Part shown: positions 37,294 to 51,119 of the stretch, piece after piece
Layout of the letters: every line of letters starts with the position of its first letter
Position numbering within the stretch: the stretch's first letter is position 1
From: the human T2T-CHM13v2.0 reference genome, Homo sapiens
NCBI RefSeq assembly: GCF_009914755.1
Contig: NC_060936.1
Reading direction: 5' to 3' (one strand)
Length of the DNA stretch: 64,000 nt
The notes under the pieces: model-generated
The model's input: only the letters and a program-made list of their open reading frames with translations
What the model was told of the DNA's origin: nothing
Database searches by the model: none
Translations under genes and position numbers: made by a program

Positions 37294-37743
37294 TGAGACG
37301 TGAGGCCAGCCAGACTTCCTGAATCGAGTGGGGACTCAGGGAACTTTCCTGTCTTACAAGAGGATTGTAAAACGCACCAATCAGTGCCACGTAAAACGCA
37401 CCGATCAGCGCTCTGTAAAACGCACCAATCAGCAGGATTCTAAAAGTAGCCAATTGCGGTGAGGATTGAAAAAAGGTCAGTCTGATACGACAGAAACGGA
37501 ACATGGAGGGGACAGTAAGGAAATAAAAGCTAGCCACCCCAGCCAGCAGCAGCAACCCGCTTGGGACCCCTTCCATGCTGTGGAAGGTTTGTCATCCTGC
37601 TCTTCACAATAAACCTTGCTACCACTCAGTCTTTGGGTCCGTGCCATCTTTAAGAGGTGTAACCCTCACCGCAAAGGTCCGCGGCTTCATTTTTGAAGTC
37701 AGCGAGACCAGGAACCCACCGGCAGGAACCAACTCCGGACACG
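37294..37743 (+). mobile_element. LTR12 (LTR12F-like, HERV9) solo LTR
   Basis: Tandem gtaaaacgcaccaatcag CCAAT repeats, AATAAA, ends ccggacac. Confidence 0.9.
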
Positions 37744-38552
37744 GACCAGAACAGAGATAGAAAACCATTCTTAATTTCTTATTTTTGTAATCATCTATTT
37801 AAACTGGTCCTCATGTCAATGGTCTCTGCCTTTTCTGAATTCAACTAGAATAGTAAACATAAGCATAGATTTATTATTTGTTTCAATATTTTTGATAGTG
37901 GAGTTTTATTGATATATGACTTAGAGCCTCCAAACATTTTTTTGATTATTTCATCAATTTGAAAAAAAAAAAAACAAAAAACATGAACAAGTAACATATG
38001 TATATTTAGGTGTTTAGAGATCATGCACAGCGTTCCTAAAGAGAAAGTTTTTACATTGCCTTTCTGCATCTGCTTCACAGCTGTGGGGTGAGTGCACCTC
38101 ACGCTGGACACCTTTGACTAAGATAATCTCCACACAGATATGAACCTTGGAAGTTTTAGATCACTCCCCACTCATCTGAAACCACAAAACTCATACCCAA
38201 TCCTTCCCCTAAGTACAGTTATCTAATATTCTGCCTCTCCCCAAAGGAAAGCTTTAGAGGAGATTCCTTAATTTCGTCCCTCATATATAGCGCTCCCCCC
38301 CCATATTTTCCTGGGTTCTGTATTAACTACATATTGCTGCTGTAACAAATTACCACAGATGTATTAACTTCCGGTAGTTATCTTTTTAAAATCTTGTCCT
38401 GTGTATTCCTTGCTGTCTGCAGGATTATCCCATGGTTGTTGTTCTGTTAGGAACTTTCCCAACCATGCCAGAAGAGGGCACTCCCATTCATACTCACGTT
38501 AAGTAGCTAAGTAGCTATCAGTTTCTTCTCCATGCCCCATTACCAACACCAT

Positions 38553-38591
38553 GTCTCTCTCTCTCTGTCTCTCTCTCTCTGTCTCTCTCTG

Positions 38592-38641
<50 letters not shown>
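38553..38641. repeat. (TC)n(CA)n compound microsatellite ~0.5 kb upstream of CLEC12B
   Basis: Seen directly in the sequence. Confidence 0.95.
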
Positions 38642-38644
<3 letters not shown>

Positions 38645-39163
38645 TGAATTTTCTATAATAGCAGCCAGGTGTGTGGCACAGCTCTTTCTGTCTTAATGTG
38701 TGTCTCTCTGCTTAATATCTAATGTGGCTGAGAATAAACTAGAACCAATGTCTCCAGGCAGATTAGCTAGCCTTAGATAGATGTAAAGAAGACAACCTGA
38801 CTCTTTTCTGAAACATTCAGAGCATCCTCTACCCCGAGGATCATGGGAATTCCCTCATGTTCCTCCTGCTCTGCCTCAAGCACCCCTTCTTTGCTGCACA
38901 GCAAGAAACAGTTCTGACAGAGCAGACAGTTTGAGATCTGTAACATTCTAATGAGAATATCTCTAAGGAGAATATTTGGCTTTTCTCACTTTCTCTGTAG
39001 AGAAACAAATTGTCATTCTTCTCTTACAGAGGGGCAGTAGAGTGTGTCTGGGTCAGCTGAGTGACTACATCAAAGCTCCCAGCCTTGAAAAACACATGCT
39101 GTTCCCAGGCCTCAAGATATTGAAACATTAATTAGATAATTTAAAGTAGCGTTTTCTTCTACA

Positions 39164-39254
39164 ATGTCTGAAGAAGTGACCTACGCGACACTCACATTTC
39201 AGGATTCTGCTGGAGCAAGGAATAACCGAGATGGAAATAACCTAAGAAAAAGAG
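39164..39254 (+). CDS. CLEC12B: CLEC12B exon 1 coding part (ITIM VTYATL)
   Basis: acaATGTCTGAAGAA...AAAAGAG|gtagga. Confidence 0.97.
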
Positions 39255-42200
39255 GTAGGAGTTCAGAGAAGACCAGCTGTGTCCTTGGGGGAGTGGACAG
39301 GTGTTAAATGCTTTGAGGTGCCAGCTTTAATACTGGCGTTAAAGACATGTGCTGTGAAATCTCCAAAATGGGGACAAATAGTTGTGGAATGTATTAGAAA
39401 AGTGAGTGTTCCCAAGGTTGAAGTGAAAATATGTGGCTTTCAGAACCTCTTTAAAGTTGTGTGATATCACACAGTCAGAGAAATTCTGACTGCACATGCC
39501 AGAAATTGAGCTTGGGGAATTAGAGATTTCTTCTTATGAATATAATCCTTGATATTTATACCTTGTTAGAGATGCCAGGAGGATATTCTTTCAGAAACCA
39601 GATTGGAGGCTTCTAAAATAGAGAAGGTAGAGGACGTTTTTCTTTTAGATGATGTAAGTTACTTAAGAGAAAACTGGAAGATGAGTGAGTGGATTAGAAA
39701 TAGATCAGAGCTAATTTTTCTTTTGTCAGTATTTTTTCAAATTTTAGGGTAGTTGAAATCCGAGCATAATTTGTAATGTTGAACCAGTAATAATAGTATC
39801 TGGGTAGTATTTTATGTACATTATATACAGATATAATTGTAATGAAAATCCACAATAATATTCGAATATTAGTATTTTCTCCATTACATAGATGAAAAAA
39901 CTGAGGGTGAGAGAAATTAGATAATTTAAGCAAGCTCACACAACTGCTATGTGGGGAAGCCCAGTCTCAGTGCTGGTCTTCAGCTCATTCTCTTATGCCT
40001 AATTGGAAAAATAGCAGTCTCCATGGTCAAGACTCTGATTTAATATATAAGACCACATCTCTTATTTTCAGATATGTTAACTATCCAGGTTCTCCTGAAT
40101 CATGTCAGTCATCTGAACTACTTTCTCCTGCCCTCTAGATTTATCTTTACATTTTGTGTGGTGCATGACATTTGAGGGAAGGATATTTACAAAAAGCCGA
40201 TGGGAATAGACTTTGCATATGTCTAATAAATGTGGTTACACATTTTTGCCTTGTTTTGTTTTACTTTTTAATTCTAATTCTAACCTGTGAGGAAAAAGGA
40301 GGTGTGGATATGGTGCATATCACAGTGTACCTAGAGTCTGTCATGCTGTATCTAAAACATTGCGCTAGATGTTATTTGGACCTAAATCAAGGGATATGAA
40401 GCTAAGGAAAACATGACAACCATTGATATTTTAAACAACAACAATGACTAGGATGCTAACGGCTTTCTGGTCTATTCTGCTGTTTGTAGGTTAGACTGCA
40501 CATTCTTTCCTTCTTTCATTCAGTATTCATTCATTATTTATTAGGTGATAAATAGCATGAATAATAGATAAGTTATTGTTAACAGGTAAAAGATACTTTA
40601 AAAAGTCGAATCCACTTTTACAAGGCAGATAGAACATGTGCCTTATAGAGACTTTTGAGCTCAAAAGCTTGAGGTGTCTCCTACTGTCAGCATCATCCAG
40701 AAAAGCAGTTTTTAGATCTCTCATTTATGAATTCAATAAACTTGAGGAAGAAAAGTGGGCAATGATGTAAAACAAAAACCTTGAAATTAGGAGAAGCTTC
40801 CTTTTTATTTTATTATTATTATACTTTAAGTTTTAGGGTACATGTGCACAATGTGCAGGTTAGTTACATATGTATACATGTGCCATGCTGGTGTGCTGCA
40901 CCCATTAACTCGTCATTTAGCATTAGGTATATCTCCTAAAGGTATGCCTCCCCCCTCCCCCAACGAAGCTTCCTCTTAAAGTGAAGGAGAGCGGTGGAGA
41001 AATGGAGGGGAAACAAGGATGGCACCCTCATTGCACTTCATATTAGGTATTTTCTAAATGAGGGCATTAAAGAAGCAAGAAAGAAACGTTAGTATCGGGA
41101 AGCTCCCTAAGTGGGAGAAATAAACAAACCAAAGTGAAACAAGCACAAAGCAGTTCTGTGTGCTGATTGCTCTTTTGGCTTTCTCCAGGGCATCCAGCTC
41201 CATCTCCCATTTGGCGTCATGCTGCTCTGGGTCTGGTAACTCTTTGCCTGATGTTGCTGATTGGGCTGGTGACGTTGGGGATGATGTGTAAGTATATCAG
41301 CATCAAACCCAACAAAGGCAACTAGAAAACATATTGTAAACCATGTACTTTCAGCTTGGATTGTAGATGGGTCCTAGCATCCTGAATCGTCTGATACGTT
41401 TCTGCTGTCTCATATCTCTCCTATTCGTCATATCTTCCCAAAAAACCGGCAAAAGACATTATCAGGATTTGGTTCTAAATTCATTGTTTTATCTTGATAA
41501 GCTAAACTGGACTTAGACAAAGACTCTTTGTTTCCAGTTATTCATTAGAATAAAGAGCCTCTTTTCTGCCTAGACACACATTCACTTATCATTCCAATGC
41601 TGAGAAATAAAGTCAAGAAATATGTATTGAAGGAAGTGCTTGCTATTTTTATTTACCTGAAAGACTTAACACTAGACTAGGTTCAGTCTGCTTACATGAG
41701 ACTTCTCTAGTGGAGAGAAATCTTCCAAGTAGCAGCAGCAGCCTGATTTCTATGAATGAGAAAGACATATAAACAAAGAGGAAGAGTGGCCTGATACACC
41801 TTACCAAGTAAGAGAGTTGAACCATCTCCACATGACAATGGAAGCTCCACTCTCAAGCACCACAGCCACAAAGGAACATTCTATTGATTCTGACCCATCC
41901 TCGGGAAGTTGGGGATGAACATGGTAGGGAGTTCTTGAGTAATGAGAAAAACATCCTGAGAATACAAACTTTATAGGGTTGTTAAGTATATGGTATACAG
42001 AGTAGTGAATTGGCATGGTATTCGCTTACAGGGAACTCACAGTCAAGAAAGTTAATTTGCTGAATGATACTAACATCTCCTCTGCTACATTCATTTCTTT
42101 TTAATGATTTAATGGATAATTTTTTAGGATTTAATGGTTAATTAGGATTTGGACATATCTTTGCCAACATAAAAAGAGACTAATGATGTACCTTGCTCTT

Positions 42201-45200
42201 TTGAAAAGGAATATGATGTTCAAGCAGCAGTAACAGATATTCTGGAGCCAATCAGTATGAGGATTAGCAGCCGATCTTCTACAATAATGTATATTTAAAA
42301 ATTAAGTGAAAATGCAATAACGTACGTCCATTGGTTCGATATAGAAGGGTGACATTTCTTTTCTAAAATTTAGTGCTTTTGGTGCAGTGGTTCTTAAATT
42401 TGTTGTGCTGATGAAGCACCTTAAATGCTTATGAAAAGGGCATATTTCATGGACCCATGACGAGAAATGGTCTGATATGCCATTAAGATCTGCTTTTTCT
42501 TTTCTTTTGGTAAACAAGCATCTCAGGTCATCTGCAGAGTTTGAGATATCCATTGTCCCAAAGAATGCTGTTTTCATTAAAACAACAATTACATCATCTA
42601 TCTCCAAATAAAATAAAACAAAAATAAAACAATTTCATGAAAATGAGTGGCAGAATGACTGGCCCTTCCTTAGATGTGATGTCAGAAATATATCATTATT
42701 AAATCATTATTTTAATATAGTGCAATAATAAAAATGTAAATAAAATTATAAAGAACTATAAATAATTTGGAATAGAAAGGCATCTGGTTTGTTTCTTTCA
42801 TGATACCTCAAATACTAAGAGCTACTAATAAATCTTGAACAATTAAGAAATGTTTCTGTCACGAGAATTATCTACAGTTATAAGAATAGAAGAATATATG
42901 AACTTGTCTCCTGTCATGTCTTGGAGTTTTGCAGATATCTAATGACATTAACTCAGATTCAGAGAAATTGAGTCAACTTCAGAAAACCATCCAACAGCAG
43001 CAGGATAACTTATCCCAGCAACTGGGCAACTCCAACAACTTGTCCATGGAGGAGGAATTTCTCAAGTCACAGATCTCCAGTCTACTGAAGAGGCAGGAAC
43101 AAATGGCCATCAAACTGTGCCAAGAGCTAATCATTCATACTTCAGGTAATCAGACTTAGTCCTGCTGACCAGTCAGATGGCATATGTTATCCTGGTCTAA
43201 GTTGATCACATGTACCACCTAAGAGTATTGAGAGAGTTATGTCATCCAGTGAACCTTAATGATGTTGCACTAAATTTACACACAGCAAGGAAATATACAA
43301 ATTCATTTAATATTTTTGAAACCACAGGCAAATTTGGGAAGTATCTTGGAATGATATCAATCTGGATACTTCAACCCCTCATTTTATTAACTATTTCTAG
43401 GTGATCATGTTGCTCTGAAAGCTTAAAGGCATAGCTGGTAATTCTGAGGTCAGAAGACTAAGCCATGAAAAGAGAATCCCTGTTGCCCCAACCCATAACC
43501 AGGGGTCACTTTTTTTTCAGAGGCTTCTAAAGCAGTATGCTTTCAGGGTGCAGGCTCTCAGTCCCTATTGTTCAATTACATGATTTTGTTTCAAAGCCTT
43601 CTCCAGTCACTCTAGAGTCTTCAGTTTATATTATTGGGTATAATTTCCTTTTCAGACCACAGATGTAATCCATGTCCTAAGATGTGGCAATGGTACCAAA
43701 ATAGTTGCTACTATTTTACAACAAATGAGGAGAAAACCTGGGCTAACAGTAGAAAGGACTGCATAGACAAGAACTCCACCCTAGTGAAGATAGACAGTTT
43801 GGAAGAAAAGGTAGGATTGAGTCTCATTCTCTAGTTATAGACATTATCCATACAATGAGAGAGAAATAAATAAAACATCTGATTCACATGATGGAAATTC
43901 AGTGCATCTTGAATTAGAATTAATACATGAATTTAATGAATGTCCTCATCTATCTTAACTCTGCAAACTGGAATGTGGCGCTCACGTAAAACTTTTTCTC
44001 TGTTTTCTCTCTTAGGATTTTCTTATGTCACAGCCATTACTCATGTTTTCGTTCTTTTGGCTGGGATTATCATGGGACTCCTCTGGCAGAAGTTGGTTCT
44101 GGGAAGATGGCTCTGTTCCCTCTCCATCCTTGTACGTCTCTAACTATTGAGGGTAAACACAAGCTTTCCATGGAATCCTGGGAAAATTAATAATGATTGT
44201 GAGAATTATAAATACAGACATAAAAAGAGGAGTACAACATACTGAGAAAAGAGCTCCAGTAACAAATATTGAAAGGAGGTATAGTTCATTTCATCTCTGT
44301 GACAAATTTATAGCAAGGCACTGAATTTTATCTTTTGGTAGAAATGTGTTTATTTAACACACACACACACCTAATACTACATTCAAAGTATTTTATAAAT
44401 ACTAACCCTTGAAGAAAGCAGTTATATTCCCATTTTATAGGTAGAAATATTATAATAGAGAGATTAAGTAACTTGCCTGAGGTCACTCAGCTCATAAATT
44501 GCACTTTAGGGATTGCGCACTCAGTCACTCAGCTATTCTGACTCTCCAGCACCTACAATCCAAAAGGGTGCTGCTGGTCATAAGAACACATATCAACACA
44601 TTTATTTATACTAAATAACTGTCAACCATTTTCTAACAAAAAGTAAGACTGAATTGACTGATTAGTTCAACAATTAGTGTCATGTTGAGGACTTGCCAAT
44701 TACAATATACGGCAAGTGTCTTTTATGAATTAAAATGAACTAAACCTTCCACTTCAGGGTTTGGATGAAACTATTTAAAGGACAAATAGAATATATAACA
44801 CTTGGAAAATTTCAATTTTTTTAACTATTTAAAGTTATGAAAAAATAGACGTCAACAAAAATGTGTAAGGGGATATTAGGTTTGCTAAATTCTTTCACAG
44901 ACTATAAAACAAAAAATTTTGAGGAACACCTCTCATCATAACTACATTTAAATGAAACAACTGTATTAATATTTTAAATATAATAGTATTTTTCTATTAG
45001 ATAAAATTTAAGATCTTTGGCATCTTAATGGATTTTTAAACTTTTTATTGATACATAAGAGATGTATATGTTTTGGGGTATATGTGATAATTTGATACAT
45101 TCAGATAGTGTGTAAAGATCAAATAAGTGGAATTGGGATATCGATCACTTTAAATATTTATCTTTTCTTTATGCTAGGAGCATTCAAATTATTATTTTCT

Positions 45201-46885
45201 CATTATTGTGAAATGTACAGTAGATTATTGTTAATTGTATTCACCCTAATAATCTATGAAACACTAGGTCTTACTTCTTCTATCTAACAGAATATTTGTA
45301 TTCATAATGGCTTTTTATCTACCTTCCTCCCCCAACAAATCATTATCCACCCCCCTCCCTCCTGTTTCACTCTTTAAAGCATGTTGTCAACGTTTTCTTA
45401 AACTGAATAATAATCACTCATCTTCTGTCAAAGATGCCATGCTTCAGCTGTGACTCAGCAGTTCCTTAAATCACAAACAATGGTAGGTCTATTATTTTCT
45501 CCCTGGATACACTTTATCTTCATCCATTTCCCAATGTTTTGTCATGGCTATTTCTACTCAAACACTAATCCCCCATTCTCTAATCACCATTATTAATCAT
45601 ATCAAGTCAATTAGTTTGGTTTCACACTAATAATAATGACAAAAAGCACATGCAGAGTAATACACAAACAAAAAAAGTGACAGTTACTTTTTTGTGACAA
45701 GAGCAATATTGGGTATGAACTGATTAATATTAATCTGAGGTGTTGCTACTAGACTGAGGGTTTCCAGGAGTAGTACTATGACATCATGTAAACACATTCA
45801 GTTTTCATGTTGGAATCTAAGATGTGTCCCTTCTCCCAAAGGGATTTTAATCATTCTTGGCCTCTCTACTCACTCTTAATCAAAGTGTGGAGGAGGTGGC
45901 CCCCACAGCAGGGTTTGGAACCTACAGACCCTGGCCCCTGAGACATGCAGCTGTCAGACAAGCCATCATGTCAAACACAGGTTAGAGAGACTGAGCTTCC
46001 AGATTGCATAGCCATTTCCTTGACTACTGAGTAAAGGCCAAGGCTAAGATTTAGTAAGCCTAGCCCTGAAGCAAGCAAAGAATATGGCAGTGTAATGCAG
46101 GTCATTTAGAAAAAAACAATGTTGGGCACAAAGAAAATTTAGATCTGACAAGTATAATTTTCTAAAGACATTATTTCAGGATTAACATCAATTTCTTAGC
46201 AGAGGAAATGAATACTATTGTCAGAACCATATCTATATAGTCAATCATTTCCTCTTTTAACGTCTGTCTTGTTCTCTTTTTACCCACCACATATGTATAA
46301 CTATGTGAAAAATTATATTTGTGCATAATAAAATGTGATAACTTTTTACAACAGAATGTGATTTTATTTTTATGTTTTTCTTCATAAGGTCCCAAAGAAC
46401 TTCAAGTACTTCTAATATAAGCTGAACTGATTAGATTTCATTAATGGAATTCCATATTTATGAAGGAAATACAAAATCTCAGTCCAGGATTTAAGTATTT
46501 CTCTTAAAGAATTCTACCTGGGATTATGATTGACTTAAAATAAAGAACCCAGATGTGCCAGCTCTGGGCAGATTTTGTGCCAGCTTTAGGCAGCTTCAGA
46601 TTTTGAAGCTTTGTGGAGGCAGAAGTCTCTCCATATTCAGATACATGACATTGGCTGTAAGAGCAACTGAGGGCACTAAATAGTGATCACGTTTCAAATA
46701 CAGAATTTATAATTAATTTTAAATTAATTTTCAGATTTAGTACTAAAGAACTTGACCAGATCAATGGATCCAAAGGATGTGCTTATTTTCAAAAAGGAAA
46801 TATTTATATTTCTCGCTGTAGTGCTGAAATTTTTTGGATTTGCGAGAAGACAGCTGCCCCAGTGAAGACTGAGGATTTGGATTAG
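39164..46885 (+). CDS. CLEC12B: C-type lectin domain family 12 member B, complete, 276 aa
   Basis: join(39164..39254,41189..41287,42927..43145,43656..43810,44016..44131,46735..46885) = 831 nt. MSEEVTYATL (ITIM)...RCNPCPKMW...FWLGLSW...WICEKTAAPVKTEDLD*. Confidence 0.98.
40802..40964 (-). mobile_element. Very short L1PA 3'-end insertion
   Basis: TSD gaagcttcct on both sides. Confidence 0.9.
41189..41287 (+). CDS. CLEC12B: CLEC12B exon 2 (transmembrane)
   Basis: ctccag|GGCATCC...ATGATGT|gtaagt; 99 nt. Confidence 0.97.
42927..43145 (+). CDS. CLEC12B: CLEC12B exon 3 (neck)
   Basis: ttggag|TTTTGCAG...TTCAG|gtaatc; within ORF 42929..43159. Confidence 0.94.
43656..43810 (+). CDS. CLEC12B: CLEC12B exon 4
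   Basis: tttcag|ACCACAGA...GAAAAG|gtagga. Confidence 0.97.
44016..44131 (+). CDS. CLEC12B: CLEC12B exon 5
   Basis: cttag|GATTTT...TCCTT|gtacgt; read-through of the donor gives YVSNY* ending at 44150. Confidence 0.96.
45040..45300 (-). mobile_element. L1MA 3' end fragment
   Basis: L1MA 3' UTR-like sequence. Confidence 0.65.
46735..46885 (+). CDS. CLEC12B: CLEC12B exon 6 coding part
   Basis: tttcag|ATTTAGT...GATTAG. Confidence 0.97.
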
Positions 46886-47173
46886 TATGCTTCTTCCAAA
46901 TTCTCCAAGAAGTAAGAGACTTGTGAGTAAGCTCATATGAGGAAAGAGGAAACTACGGTACCAGAGCCAAACCAGCTTTTAAAATGACTGTGTATTTACA
47001 TTATCAGACAAATGAACTTGTTTAACAGAACATTCTCCAGTTCCTTGTCTGACGTCTTCTGATTTGATGTTATTATTCGGTCTTAAAATTATACCTGGGG
47101 ACAAAGGGGAATAGCCATACTATGGCCCTATGATTGTCTCAGAATCATTTCACTGAATTTCTTTGCTTTCTCA

Positions 47174-47179
47174 AATAAA
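47174..47179 (+). terminator. Candidate CLEC12B poly(A) signal
   Basis: AATAAA ~290 nt after the stop codon. Confidence 0.55.
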
Positions 47180-47218
47180 GACTCCTTTCTTTCATTATTA
47201 TTATACTGTCACGTGTGC

Positions 47219-47274
47219 ACTAGGGTGATATTTAAATATTTAAAAACTAGGGTGATATTTAAATATTTAAAAAC
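47219..47274. repeat. Perfect 27-bp tandem duplication
   Basis: (actagggtgatatttaaatatttaaaa)x2. Confidence 0.95.
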
Positions 47275-47571
47275 ACAGGCCACAGCACTAGAACAAGGTC
47301 CAAGAGATGCCTGTTGTGATAGTTGCTGGGTCATGTGGAGGTCTGGGGGATCCCAGGCTAAGGGTCCTGGTAGCTGGGGCTGCAGCACTGTATCAACTGA
47401 TTTGGAAATATTTTATTTTAGCAAATGTTTGTACCACTGTGAACCAGCTAAGTGTCACCCTGCACTTGCAAAATAGCTTTTCTTCTCCAACAACCCTATG
47501 AAAATAAGCATTCTTATTAATCTTTAAAATTTAGATAATTTATAATCTAGGCATAATAATTTAATATTTAC

Positions 47572-47886
<315 letters not shown>

Positions 47887-48585
47887 TAAATTAGTAATAT
47901 TGATGTTATTGATTTTGTAATCTGGGTATTATTATAAAAATATATTCTCTTACAATTGATATTTTGTTTCCCTCAGAAAAGTTCTAATAAACTGTTTGAA
48001 GACATCAAAATAGAAGAACCATTATCTTTAATTATTTAGACCTTTCCTGAATCACAGTTTGTCAGTGTTCCTGCACACTAGATGCTAAATATTGTAAATC
48101 TAGGGTTCAAGATTTTTCCTGGAACAAAATTGCTGATTTCAGAATACTGGTAAAGGACGTAGTTTTCCATTTATCTTCACATAGTTCCATAGCTATATAT
48201 AGGAAGAAAATAATGATAAATTAGCCTTTGATACTGATTTTGCTAGATCAGAAATCTAGAATTTACTGGAAAATTGATATAATCTAAATTCAAAGTTAGA
48301 TGCATTTCAATACTTTGACAGTCCTTTGAAACTACCACTTCATACATACCATCTAGTAGCTTCTTATTCTCTAAATATTTAAAATTATCAACTAATCAAT
48401 GTTTTATATAGGCACCAACAGAAACTCTAGAACAAAGGAAAAATGTCAAGTGTGAAAATTTAGTAAAAATTACAAACAATATATTTAAGCACAACTTTTT
48501 AAATACAGACAATTATCATAGTTCAAGTAAACAGTGTTTCTTAGTTCTTATACGGGATTCAAACATAAGTTATATACACATGGAT

Positions 48586-48750
48586 TAAAGAAGAAACTTG
48601 ATTCTTCCATTTCTCTTTAGCAGTTTGCCCCTGGCATTCTCACAAAGATAAAATTATTTCTTAAAGGTCAAAATCTGTGCCTCTGACTCTCACACATTTG
48701 GGTTTCGTTTTATTCCCATGAGAAAAATAAGTTCTTTCATTCCTCTATTT
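48586..48750 (-). pseudogene. Possible relic CTLD exon 6
   Basis: ttttttttaattag|A...KEL/...KPKCVRVRGTDF/...FYLCENARG...*; CTLD-terminal C...YLCE pattern on the expected strand and in the expected order. Confidence 0.4.
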
Positions 48751-49245
48751 CTAATTAAAAAAAATCTACTTTTAATAATTAAAATACCTTAGTTGGTTAT
48801 TTTGTTCCTATTAAGAAGTTACAGGTTTTTTTTTCTGGTATCTTGTATATTTTAATTCTCATTTCATGTAAACTCTTTTATACTCATTAAAAGAAAATTT
48901 CTGTTTCTGACCTTACAGTGCTCTGGATCTTGATCAGCTCCTATTACTAAGAGCTCCCTCCCTGCTGCCCTGCTATCATCATATTATCCCTGACGACCTC
49001 TACAGTAGATGCATAAATCCAGAGTTCTCAAGATTCACTAGCCCTTTGTGTCAGAATACTTCATCCTTTGATTCTGATAACTTAGCTTATGAGACAGGAC
49101 TTGATTCCAGAAATTTTCATCTCTTTCTTTTTCTTTCTTTCTTCCTCTCCTACTGCCCCTACACCCTCTCCAGTCAAAATCCCTGAGATATTTTATTTAT
49201 ATATACAGGTATATACAAATGGTATATTTTTAGGGGAAAGACCAT

Positions 49246-49670
49246 TGATATGGTTTGGATCTGTGTCCTTACCAAATCACATGTCAAGATGTAATCCCCA
49301 ATGCTGGTTGTGGGGCCTGGTGGGAGGTGATTGGGTTATGGGAGCAGATTTCTCATGAATGACTTAGCACCATCTTCTTGGTGCTGTTCTCATGATAGCG
49401 AGTTCTCGCAAGATCCGGTTGTTTAAAAGTGTGTAGCATCCCCACCAACCCCACCCCACACCCTCTCTCCTGCTCCTGCTCCAGCCGTGTGAAGTACCCA
49501 CCCCTCCTTCATCTTCCACCATGACTGTAAGTTTCCTGAGGCCTCCCCAGAAGCCCAGCAGTTTCCAGCATCATTCTTCCTGTACCGCCTGAAGAACTGT
49601 GAGCCAATTAAACTTTTTTCTTTATAAATTACCCAGTCTTGAGTATTTCTTTATAGCAATGTGAGAATTT
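49246..49670 (+). mobile_element. MST (MSTA/B-like) solo LTR
   Basis: TGATATGGTTTGG start; MaLR LTR 3' motifs. Confidence 0.85.
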
Positions 49671-50789
49671 AACATGGGTTCCAAACATGGCTTCACATCA
49701 GATTTACATGGATAGTCCCTTAAAGGCACAGATATTTGGGCCACGCGTCAGATCTATAAAATCAGAATGATTGGAAGACAGAAATGGAGAATCTGTAAGT
49801 TTCTCAAACTACACAGGTGATTTTTATTAACACAGCCTGAGTGGCAATGTTTGGATAAATAACCTCAATACTAACTCCCTGAGCAAATAGGCCCAGAGGC
49901 GAAGGTGCTGGAACCATCTTCAAACTGGATGGCTCTTTCTGCAACGTTAGCAAATTTAGTTTGGTTTGTGCAGACCACATTAGGTCAGGACAGATCAGAA
50001 TTGGGACAGATATAGTGACAGTTCTCAACTATTTCACTGTTGTAATCTTAGCCAACAAGCCCTTACTGAGGGTATTAATTGGCATGGTTGGGATGGACAA
50101 GTGATATGAAGTTTGATCTATTTAGCTCTCTGAAAATAGTTCTCAATTTTGCTGCACACTGAAATTATACTGGGGAGCTTTGAGGAAATACTGATGCCTA
50201 AGATTGTCCCACCTCTTAAGATGCTGATTTCATTGATGAGAAGTGTAGCTGGGCTATTAAAAAAATTTAAATTTCCTACATGATTCCAATCTGAAGCTAA
50301 GGTTGAAAATCCTTGTACTGAGGTTGGCCCAATGGCCCCTATTTTCAGTAAAATAGCCAACCCTCCATTATATATTAAGAAAACGGGTGAACTAGCTCCA
50401 TTGGTGATGATTACACATGGTTGAGACAGGGACAATAATGATGATTACCTGAAACTAGGATTGATGGTATATTCGAGGCTGCATACAAGCATATATAATC
50501 ATACTTGTATACATTTGTATGCACCTGGAGAAGGATTTAGACACATTAGTAACATTGTTTTCCTCAGGGTAGGTATGATGGAGTCAAATTGGGAAGAAGG
50601 GGAAATGATACACTTTTGGAATGAGAATCCACTGTGAAGCTGAGGACTGAAATCAAGAGTCAGATTATAAATAGGTGGCCAAAATTAACCATGTGGTCCT
50701 CAAGCAAATATAATTTTTTATTCCACAGGTATATTAGTTTTACTGAACAAGTAACTACAAGTAATACACCTGTCTGTCTGACTTCCTAA

Positions 50790-50912
50790 ACTTCCTTCCT
50801 TCTTTCCTTCCTTCCTTCCTTCCTTCCTTTCCCTGCCTCCCTCCCTCCCTTCCTCCTTTCTTCCTTCATTCTTTCCTTCCTTTCTCTCTCTCTTTCTCTT
50901 TCTCTCTCTCTT
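50790..50912. repeat. (CCTT)n/(CT)n polypyrimidine repeat
   Basis: Seen directly in the sequence. Confidence 0.9.
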
Positions 50913-51119
50913 TTTGAGGGTATATAATAATATAAATATAATAAAACACATCTCCTCTCAGTTCTTTCAAAACATGTCACAGCTTTCAAGCAGGCGGAAG
51001 TATCCCAACCCCTTATTAGGAAGCAGTACAGCTTGGTGCTTAAGACAATAAATTTTTTAAATCAGACAGCCATGGGTTATGTTTTTATTCTCAATGTAAG
51101 TGCTGTATATTTTAGACAA

